IMG/VR virus record: IMGVR_UViG_3300017645_000114
Location: 1-33,742 of that record
From: a virus
Taxonomy: Duplodnaviria > Caudoviricetes
DNA: 33,742 nt
Reading direction: 5' to 3' (one strand)
The translations under genes were made by a program, and so were the position numbers. Below are positions 1 to 6,808 of the stretch, piece after piece. The first letter of the stretch is position 1. Every line of letters begins with the position of its first letter. The notes below the pieces were generated by a model. The model saw only the letters and a list, made by a program, of their open reading frames with translations, had not been told where the DNA came from and searched no databases.

Positions 1-2
1 AG

Positions 3-1841
3 CGGCGCGGCGTCCCGCCGACCATGACCGTCGTCACCGGCCGGCATCCGCATGTCCGAGCGCAGATGTGGTGGCGGCTCGACAATCCCTGCCGGGACGC
101 AACGCGGTTGCGGGGCCTGTGCGCGAATGTTGCTGCCGCGATTGGGGGCGACCCATCGGTTCTCAACCCGAGCCGCGTTCTCCGCCTCGGCGGATCGGTC
201 GCCTGGCCGACCAAGGATGGCCGCGTCCTCGAACGCACCGAAGTGCATGTGCCAGCCGATGGGCGCCCGGTCGAATACGTCTTCGAACAGGTCGCCCGCG
301 CCTTTGCGCCCGAACCCGCCCCGTTAATGACCGCTGCCAATCACCAAAGCGAAGCCGTCTCATCAGCTTCGCCAGTGGCTGTCGCCTTGCGCTCGGACGG
401 CGGATTGGCGATCGGAAGCCTTTCTGTCGAGGGCGCTGTCGCTGCCGTGAGGCGCGGCGACCGTTGGCACGATCACGTCGTGCGCCTCGTCGCGCACTGG
501 ATCGCCCGCGGCTGGTCGGACGCCGAGATCCTGGCAACGGCGGAAGGCCTCACACTGCCCGGCTGGGCTCATGACGATACGCGCCGCGACCTCTCCCGCA
601 TGATCGCGGGGGCGCGCCGGAAGTGGAGCATTCCGAACCCGGTGCATGAGGTCGGCGACGAAAGCCCGCCGGCGCCGATCGAAGCCGCCTGGGTGCAGAA
701 GATCGACGCGGCGATGATCCCGCGTCGGCGCTGGCTGCTCGGCCGGTCGCTGCTACGCGGACATCTCACCGTCGAGGTGGCGCCGCCCGGCGCCGGCAAA
801 TCGACGCTCGCGGTCGAACAGGCGGCTGCCGTAGCCACCGGCCGCGAGATCACCGGCCAGACGGTGCACGAGACCACGAAGGCCTGGGTCTGGAATAACG
901 AGGACGACAGCGACGAGCTGCGTCGGCGGCTTGCTGCCGTTCTCCAGCATTGGTCGATCCCGATCGAGGAAGTGCGGGGTCGCATCGCCCTGAACTCCGG
1001 CGCCGATCGCGCGCTCATGGTTGCCCGCATCGCCAAGGACGGCTCGGTGATGCGCACGCCGGATGTCGATGCGCTGGTTGAGCGCATCCGTGCCGACGGC
1101 ATCGGTTTGCTTGTCGTCGATCCCTTCGCCGAAGTGCATACGGTGGAGGAAAACGACAACGCTCATATTCGCGAGGTCGCGGCACTCTTCCGCGAAGTCG
1201 CGCGACGCGGCGATTGCGCCGTCCTGTTGATCCATCACACCTCGAAGCCGGCAGCCGCATCCTCGGATGCCTTTGCCGGCAATCAGAACGCCGCCCGTGG
1301 TGCCTCGTCCCTCACCGGTGTCGCCCGCGTCGTCCAGACGCTGTTCGCGATGTCAGCGCGGGACGCGGAGAAGTTCGGCGTCATTGAGCACGAACGCCGC
1401 CTCTGGGTGCGCCTGGACGATGCCAAAGCCAACCTCTCGCTCGTTGACGGCGAAGCCTCCTGGTTCCGCCGCGTCGGCGTCATCATTGCGAACGGCGACG
1501 AGGTCGGCGTGCTCGTTCGGGGCGAGCCGTCGCCGCCCGAACCGACGGCGTCCGACGGCGAAACCGAAGCCGCGGTCATCGCCGAGATCGATCGGGCCTG
1601 GCGCATCGGCGAACCCTATGGCTCCCGGCCGCAATGCGGCGAGCGCTTTTATGGCCGCTCGCTCGCCCGCCGGCTCGGGCGATCGTCATCAAGCGTCTCC
1701 TACGCCGTCGATCGGCTGATGATCCGTGGCGCCATCGAGGACGCGGTCTTCAATCCGCGAAACAAGGCGAAGGGCCTGCGTCTCGTCCCCTTCGATGAAA
1801 GACCGCGCCCGCGCGACGAGGAGGCATCCCATGAGCGGTGA
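3..1841 (+). CDS. Phage primase (RepB-like)-AAA_25/RepA-type helicase fusion, 5'-truncated by window edge
   Basis: Frame is open from base 3. RepB-primase-like motif RVLRLGGS..K, Walker A APPGAGKST, Walker B LLVVDP, LIHHTSK and ARGASSL motifs typical of AAA_25 helicases. Confidence 0.85.
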   Translation, partial: RRGVPPTMTVVTGRHPHVRAQMWWRLDNPCRDATRLRGLCANVAAAIGGDPSVLNPSRVLRLGGSVAWPTKDGRVLERTEVHVPADGRPVEYVFEQVARAFAPEPAPLMTAANHQSEAVSSASPVAVALRSDGGLAIGSLSVEGAVAAVRRGDRWHDHVVRLVAHWIARGWSDAEILATAEGLTLPGWAHDDTRRDLSRMIAGARRKWSIPNPVHEVGDESPPAPIEAAWVQKIDAAMIPRRRWLLGRSLLRGHLTVEVAPPGAGKSTLAVEQAAAVATGREITGQTVHETTKAWVWNNEDDSDELRRRLAAVLQHWSIPIEEVRGRIALNSGADRALMVARIAKDGSVMRTPDVDALVERIRADGIGLLVVDPFAEVHTVEENDNAHIREVAALFREVARRGDCAVLLIHHTSKPAAASSDAFAGNQNAARGASSLTGVARVVQTLFAMSARDAEKFGVIEHERRLWVRLDDAKANLSLVDGEASWFRRVGVIIANGDEVGVLVRGEPSPPEPTASDGETEAAVIAEIDRAWRIGEPYGSRPQCGERFYGRSLARRLGRSSSSVSYAVDRLMIRGAIEDAVFNPRNKAKGLRLVPFDERPRPRDEEASHER

Positions 1842-2061
1842 AATCGGTCATGCCATGCCGCTGCGGAGGTCGCGGAGGTTGTCCTCTAAGTGGCTGATTT
1901 CATTGAAGCGCGGAAGTCGCGCGGAGGTGCGGAGGTTTGACCGCAAGCCATTGATTCCATTCAGGGCGCATGCGGCGGCGGAGGTCCCCCCTAATACCCC
2001 CCTTGGCGCGTGCGCGCGCGCAAACGCCGCGCGCTCGCGCTTTCAGGACATCGCCCGATGA
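1831..2061 (+). CDS. Small basic hypothetical protein (76 aa) running through the repeat array
   Basis: GAGGAGG RBS at 1818-1824 before ATG 1831. The stop overlaps the next start (ATGA at 2058-2061). No recognisable domain. Confidence 0.4.
   Translation: MSGEIGHAMPLRRSRRLSSKWLISLKRGSRAEVRRFDRKPLIPFRAHAAAEVPPNTPLGACARANAARSRFQDIAR
1863..1985. repeat. Iteron-like GCGGAGGT repeats with two IHF-consensus sites; putative replication origin
   Basis: GCGGAGGT at 1863, 1872, 1921, 1929 and 1978, plus GCGGAAGT at 1910. YAANNNNTTGATW match at 1944-1956 (exact) and 1887-1899 (1 mismatch). Period about 57-58 bp, directly after the primase-helicase. Confidence 0.6.
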
Positions 2062-2714
2062 GCGCCGATCGCTTCGCTCAGGCCGCGGTCGATCGGCTCG
2101 ACGAAATCGCGCATGCGATGGAGCGCAAGTGGGGCGCCGATCGCCTTCCGAAGCTTGTCGATCCCACGCTCGCCGCGCGCTTCCATGCGCAGGCCCAGAA
2201 GCTCAACGAGGCGCTTCGCTCGGATCGTCCCGATGCCGTCGCCACGCAGGCCACGGCGATGCAGCGGGCCTGGAACGCTCTCGATCAGGCGGCGACGGCG
2301 GGCGGCAAGGAGCCGCTTTCGTTGACCGTTTGGGAAACCGCGATCCCTTCGACCGGCGAGGTGATCGCGATCGTGCGAACCGCCGAGGAAGCCTCGGCCA
2401 TTGCCCGCGAGCGAAACGGCGCGGTCTACACGCTCGCCGAAGTCGCCGTCGCCATCGACGCCTTCGGCGATCAGGTGCGTGCCGTGAAGACGACGTTTCC
2501 CGGCGCGGCCGTCACCGCGGTGCGACCCGCGGCGCTGCCAATTGGTTCGGCACCCACGCGCGCAGAACCCCCGAAGGCGACGCCTGGCGTTTCTTCCGCC
2601 CGAGGGCGACGACGCCGATCGGCCAACGTCACCGGCTTCTTCGCACCGCTTCCCGAATCCCCTTCGTCAAAGCCGCCGATCGATTGGGAACGCGGCGATG
2701 ACATCCCGTTCTGA
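2058..2714 (+). CDS. Phage hypothetical protein ending in an SSB-like acidic tail (DDIPF)
   Basis: ATG 2058 coupled to the upstream stop; host-like codon usage; C-terminus WERGDDIPF. Confidence 0.7.
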   Translation: MSADRFAQAAVDRLDEIAHAMERKWGADRLPKLVDPTLAARFHAQAQKLNEALRSDRPDAVATQATAMQRAWNALDQAATAGGKEPLSLTVWETAIPSTGEVIAIVRTAEEASAIARERNGAVYTLAEVAVAIDAFGDQVRAVKTTFPGAAVTAVRPAALPIGSAPTRAEPPKATPGVSSARGRRRRSANVTGFFAPLPESPSSKPPIDWERGDDIPF

Positions 2715-2731
2715 ACAATCCGGAGGATCTG

Positions 2732-3265
2732 ATGTTCGCCGCTGCCCTTGCTGAATCAACACCACCGCCGGCGCGGAGCATCGCCGTGCTCCCACCGCGC
2801 GCGATCCTCGCGCTTGATCTCGGATCGCGTTGCGGATGGGCTGTTCTTCCGCGTTCCGGTCGCATCGCGTCTGGCGTGAGCGAATTCAAGCCAAGCCGCT
2901 TCGAAGGCGCCGGCATGGCGTTCCTTCGCTTCGAGCGCTTCCTTGGCGACGCATCCGAAGCCTCCGGTCCGTTCGGCGCCGTCGTGTTCGAGGAGGTGCG
3001 GGCGCATGCCGGCACGCTCGCCGCGCAGGTTTATGGCGGCTTCCTCGCCCATCTCACCGCATGGTGCGAGCGGCATTCCGCGCCCTATCTCGGCGTCCCG
3101 GTTGCGACGATCAAGCGCCACGCCACCGGCAAGGGAAACGCGTCAAAGGACGAAGTGATCAAGGCCGTGCGCGCACGCGGCCACACGCCTGCCGACGACA
3201 ACGAAGCCGATGCGCTCGCCCTCCTTGATTGGGCTATCGCCAATCGGATCGGAGGCAACCCGTGA
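2732..3265 (+). CDS. Phage RuvC-like Holliday junction resolvase
   Basis: GGAGG RBS. Motifs ILALDLG..GWA, FEEV, ATGKGNASK and DDNEADALAL of the RNase H-fold RuvC family. Confidence 0.85.
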   Translation: MFAAALAESTPPPARSIAVLPPRAILALDLGSRCGWAVLPRSGRIASGVSEFKPSRFEGAGMAFLRFERFLGDASEASGPFGAVVFEEVRAHAGTLAAQVYGGFLAHLTAWCERHSAPYLGVPVATIKRHATGKGNASKDEVIKAVRARGHTPADDNEADALALLDWAIANRIGGNP

Positions 3266-3519
3266 ACGCTTCCTTGCTCCTTCGCCACGCCGAAGCGATC
3301 GTCCGTGGCCGTCGCGACGACTACGGCGATCCGGCAATCTTCTTCGAAGCCGTGGCGAAGCGCTGGTCGCTCACGCTCGGCGTGCCCGTCACGCCGCGGC
3401 GCGTGGTGCTCTGCCTTCTCGACCTCAAACACCAACGTCTCGCCCATGATCCGGCACACGCCGACAGCATCGCCGACACCGCAGGTTACGCTGCCATCCT
3501 CTCGGAGCTCGAACGATGA
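3262..3519 (+). CDS. DUF6378-like phage protein
   Basis: GTG start overlapping the upstream stop, GGAGG at 3251. Motifs R.DDYGDP..F..A..WS, LK..RL and DS..D.AGYAA. Confidence 0.75.
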   Translation: MNASLLLRHAEAIVRGRRDDYGDPAIFFEAVAKRWSLTLGVPVTPRRVVLCLLDLKHQRLAHDPAHADSIADTAGYAAILSELER

Positions 3520-3962
3520 ACCCTACCGAAGTCGAGGACCGCTTCGAAGAGGCGGCGGCCACGTTGCGCCGCCTTCCTGCTGTCCGCGTGCCTGGATATT
3601 TCAGCACTTGGCCACCAGTCGTCCGAAACATCCACGAAGCCTTCGGATGGGAGCCGGCGCACTTCGCCCGCATCCCGCCGACGGCCGATGCGATCGCGCG
3701 CATGGAGGAAACCTTCACTTGGCTAGCCTGGCTCGATGGCGACGACGCTCGCATCGTGTGGCTGCGGGCGGAAGGCGTTCGGTGGAAGCCAATCTGCTGG
3801 CGCATCGGCATATCCCGAGCCACCGCATGGCGACGCTGGGCAGCAGCGCTGATCACCGTCGCGAATCGGCTTTCCGCGCCACCAAAGCAGACGAAACCGA
3901 AGGGTGCTGCCAAGACCATCACCGCAGATCGCCGCAATGACCGGCGCGAGGGCGTGGCTTGA
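3516..3962 (+). CDS. DUF6362-like HTH protein, probable late-transcription regulator
   Basis: EDRFEEAA.TLRRLP..GYFSTWP N-terminus and sigma-region-4-like HTH (IVWLRAEGVRWKPICWRIGISRATAWRRW). Last gene of the replication module. Confidence 0.75.
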   Translation: MNPTEVEDRFEEAAATLRRLPAVRVPGYFSTWPPVVRNIHEAFGWEPAHFARIPPTADAIARMEETFTWLAWLDGDDARIVWLRAEGVRWKPICWRIGISRATAWRRWAAALITVANRLSAPPKQTKPKGAAKTITADRRNDRREGVA

Positions 3963-4075
3963 GCGCCGTTTGCTTGGCGCTGTTCGTTGAACTTTGGGCG
4001 CGACACTTGAAACGCTTTTCGGCATCATTCTTGGCATGATCGCAGGACGCGCGCCCGGCATCCCCCGCCGGCCAT

Positions 4076-4195
4076 AGGTTCTTTCCGGCGATCAGCGGAT
4101 GCGGGCGGCAAAGGCCCGATCAAAATCTAGCGACAGATGCGAATTCCGGTTGCGCACCCCTCCCATTGCGCACCCGCGGGGTGCGCAGGTGCGCG
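4076..4195 (+). other. Putative cos packaging site (cosQ/cosN-like plus downstream repeats)
   Basis: GGTTCTTTCCGGCGATC (4077-4093) resembles lambda GGTCCTTTCCGGTGATC. GGGCGGCAAAGG (4103-4114) resembles the lambda cohesive end GGGCGGCGACCT. TGCGCACC direct/inverted copies at 4151-4195. The terminase is GpA/Nu1 type. Confidence 0.6.
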
Positions 4196-4215
4196 AATCG
4201 GTCGATGCTTGGGAA

Positions 4216-4244
4216 TGGACGTTTTATATCGAACCTGATATAGA
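4216..4244 (+). promoter_or_regulatory. Sigma70-like promoter and palindromic operator of the TA operon
   Basis: TGGACG (4216-4221), 17 bp spacer, TATAGA (4239-4244). Perfect inverted repeat TATATC-N6-GATATA at 4225-4242. Confidence 0.6.
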
Positions 4245-4249
4245 GGCAC

Positions 4250-4579
4250 ATGAAGCCGGTTTCTTTCGTGGGAGACTCGCTCGACGCAATCCGTTCTTTT
4301 CCTGACGGAGCGCGCCGAGAGGCAGGTTTCCAGATCGAACGGGTTCAGCGTGGCCTTGACCCAGACGACTGGAAGCCGATGAAAACGGTCGGCGCCGGCG
4401 TCCGGGAAATCCGCGTTCGAGACGCCGCCGGCGCCTTCCGCGTGATCTACATCGCTACGCTCGCAGATGCCGTCTACGTGCTTCACGCCTTTCAGAAGAA
4501 GTCGCAGGCGACATCGAAACGCGACCTTGACCTTGCAATAGCGCGGTTCAAGGACTTGATGCGAAGGGCCGAGCGATGA
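4250..4579 (+). CDS. higB: Type II TA toxin, RelE/ParE (HigB/Gp49-like) family
   Basis: Motifs DWKPMKTVGAGVREIRVRD..GAFRVIY and VYVLHAFQKKSQAT; toxin-first gene order. Confidence 0.9.
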   Translation: MKPVSFVGDSLDAIRSFPDGARREAGFQIERVQRGLDPDDWKPMKTVGAGVREIRVRDAAGAFRVIYIATLADAVYVLHAFQKKSQATSKRDLDLAIARFKDLMRRAER

Positions 4580-4860
4580 AAGAACAGAAATTCAAAAGCG
4601 TCTGGGATGCCATCGAAGATTCCCCCGCCGACGCCGCCAATTTGAAGGCGCGATCGGACGTGATGATCGCCATCCGCGAGGTCGTGGAGAACTGGAAGGT
4701 GACGCAGGCCGAGTCTGCCAAGCGGCTTGGGATAACTCAGCCGCGCCTCAACGATCTCTTGCGCGGGCGGATCGACAATTTCAGCCTCGACGCCCTTGTG
4801 AATCTTGCTGCGCGGGCCGGACTATCGGTCCGCGTGAAGATCGCGAGATCGGCGGCTTGA
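4576..4860 (+). CDS. higA: XRE-family HTH antitoxin (HigA-like)
   Basis: SVWDAIED N-terminus and HTH TQAESAKRLGITQPRLNDLLRGRIDNFSLDAL; ATGA overlap with the toxin. Confidence 0.9.
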   Translation: MKEQKFKSVWDAIEDSPADAANLKARSDVMIAIREVVENWKVTQAESAKRLGITQPRLNDLLRGRIDNFSLDALVNLAARAGLSVRVKIARSAA

Positions 4861-4890
4861 ACTTGTGGTCGGATGCGTCGACCCAGACGT

Positions 4891-5190
4891 TTACGGATCA
4901 ACTTCGAACTCTCGCACTCGTGTCTGGTCAAAGACGCCGTCGAAAGCGTCGTCTGGAAGATCGGAGCCAAAGACATCGAAGGCGGTCTTGACCTCAGGGT
5001 CGATGAGCGCCCTTTCCAATGTCGAACGCAGAACCCTGGCCTTCTCCGGCTTGTTGCGGAGTGTCTTGGCCAGGGCGCGGATCAGTTCTGCATCGGCCCT
5101 CGTCGCCTGAACTTCTATGCGCACAAGCCCGCGCGCAGCCGCGCGGCGGGGGTGCGTGCTCGTCGCCTGAATTTGCGACTTGCTGGCCAC
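4891..5190 (-). CDS. Antitoxin-like small protein (99 aa), apparently orphan
   Basis: GTG at 5190 with GGAGA RBS and a perfect TATAAT at 5223-5218. RHH-like N-terminus (RGLVRIEVQA..DAELIRALA) and acidic tail (DLPDDAFDGVFD) typical of antitoxins preceding PIN toxins. Confidence 0.6.
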   Translation of the reverse strand: MASKSQIQATSTHPRRAAARGLVRIEVQATRADAELIRALAKTLRNKPEKARVLRSTLERALIDPEVKTAFDVFGSDLPDDAFDGVFDQTRVREFEVDP

Positions 5191-5267
5191 GGATCGGTCT
5201 CCGATCTGAACGTTCCGATTATAAAACTGGAACATCGCTGAAAGTCCAAAGGATTCCGGCCACAGCC

Positions 5268-6011
5268 ATGATGACGATCGAGACCCGGCTGGTTGACCGG
5301 CTGATCCTCTACGTTCGTAACGCGCGGACCCATTCGGATGATCAGATCGCGCAGATCGCCGCGTCGATCGTAGAGTTCGGGTTCGTAAACCCGATCCTGA
5401 TCGGATCGGATGACGTGATCGTCGCCGGGCATGGCCGGCTGCTCGCCGCAAGGCGACTGGGATTAGCCGAAGTGCCGGTGATCGTTCTCGATCATCTGAG
5501 CGAAGCGCAGCGACGCGCGCTCGTGATCGCCGACAACAAGCTCGCGGAGAATGCGGGCTGGGACGAGACCATGCTGCGCGCCGAACTCGCGGCGCTTCGC
5601 GACGAGGATTTCGATCTCGATCTTCTCGGCTTCGCCGAGGCCGAGCTTGGTCGCCTTCTCGATGCGATGGACACCGAGGCGCCGGCTCCGGCAGAGGCAT
5701 CGACCGAGCAAGCGGAAGCCGTATCCTCGACGCTCGCCGAGCGCTTCGGCATTCCGCCCTTCAGCGTACTCGACGCGCGAAAGGGGTGGTGGCAGGACCG
5801 TAAGCGAGCCTGGATCGATCTGGGAATCCGATCCGAGCTCGGTCGCGGCGGGGCGCCAGGCGGAAGTCCGCGTCCTCTCGACCGCGCCAAGATGGGCCAG
5901 CCATCGCCGATGTCGCGACCTAACGCTGCGCCTGGAGGATCACCCTTGCCCGCCACCGATTATTCGCGCTCGAAAGCGCGTGGGGATGGTCGCGGGCGGG
6001 CGCTGCCATGA
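5268..6011 (+). CDS. ParB/Srx N-terminal domain protein with methyltransferase-associated C-terminal segment
   Basis: ParBc motifs RNARTHS..QI..IAASI.EFGF.NPIL, IVAGHGRLLAA and IADNKLAENAGWD, followed by LAERFGIPPFSVLDARKGWWQDRKRAW. Confidence 0.85.
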   Translation: MMTIETRLVDRLILYVRNARTHSDDQIAQIAASIVEFGFVNPILIGSDDVIVAGHGRLLAARRLGLAEVPVIVLDHLSEAQRRALVIADNKLAENAGWDETMLRAELAALRDEDFDLDLLGFAEAELGRLLDAMDTEAPAPAEASTEQAEAVSSTLAERFGIPPFSVLDARKGWWQDRKRAWIDLGIRSELGRGGAPGGSPRPLDRAKMGQPSPMSRPNAAPGGSPLPATDYSRSKARGDGRGRALP

Positions 6012-6808
6012 CCAACCTCACCTTCGTAAAGGGCGACCGCGATCCCGATGCGCTTGATCCGGTGAGCGCGGCGATCCTCGAGGTGGCCTCAACCGGCACT
6101 TCGATCTTCGATCCGGTCCTATGCGAAATCGCTTACCGCTGGTTCTGTCCGCCGAGTGGCGTGGTCCTTGATCCGTTTGCCGGCGGATCGGTTCGCGGCA
6201 TCATCGCTTCACGTCTTGGTCGACGCTATGTCGGCATCGAATTGCGGCCCGAGCAGGTTGAAGCAAACATCGCCCAGCTTCATCTCGCCAACGTTCCGGC
6301 GCCGGAATGGCGCGCAGGCGATGCCCGGAACGTCTCAGCCCTGGCTGCCGATGTCATGGCGGACATTCTATTCTCTTGCCCGCCCTATTGGAATCTCGAA
6401 CGATATTCGGACGATCCCGCCGACCTTTCGAACATGGGACGCGACGAGTTCCTCGCCGCCTACTCGGCGATCATACGCGATGCGGTCGCGCGTCTCCGGG
6501 ATGATCGCTTCGCAGTATGGGTGATTGGCGATATTCGCGATGACCGCGGCTGCTACGTGAATCTGCCCGGCAAGACCGTCGATGCCTTCGAGGCCGCCGG
6601 CGCGCGGCTCTACAACGACGCGATCCTCGTGACCGCCGTTGGCTCGCTGCCCGTCCGGGTCGGGCGGCAGTTCGAGGTCTCGCGCAAGCTCGGTCGGACG
6701 CACCAGAACGTGATGGTCTTCATCAAGGGCGACCCGCGCAAAGCGACCGAAGCCTGCGGGTTGGTCGAGTTCGGCGAGATCCAATCCGAAGAAGGACAAG
6801 AGCTTTGA
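6008..6808 (+). CDS. SAM-dependent N6-A/N4-C-type DNA methyltransferase-fold protein
   Basis: Motif I VLDPFAGGSVRG, YVGIEL and motif IV FSCPPYWNLERY; ATGA coupling to the ParB gene. Confidence 0.85.
   Translation: MTNLTFVKGDRDPDALDPVSAAILEVASTGTSIFDPVLCEIAYRWFCPPSGVVLDPFAGGSVRGIIASRLGRRYVGIELRPEQVEANIAQLHLANVPAPEWRAGDARNVSALAADVMADILFSCPPYWNLERYSDDPADLSNMGRDEFLAAYSAIIRDAVARLRDDRFAVWVIGDIRDDRGCYVNLPGKTVDAFEAAGARLYNDAILVTAVGSLPVRVGRQFEVSRKLGRTHQNVMVFIKGDPRKATEACGLVEFGEIQSEEGQEL

Noticed and set aside
5098-5171. CTCGTCGCCTGAA repeated 60 bp apart
   Set aside because: Only two copies, both encoding the same QAT(R/S) peptide in the minus-strand ORF; not a CRISPR array or target duplication.
4891-6011. 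Long ORF-track starts (5019 on + and 5700 on -)
   Set aside because: These extensions overlap each other's real genes. RBS and domain boundaries support 5268 (+) and 5190 (-).
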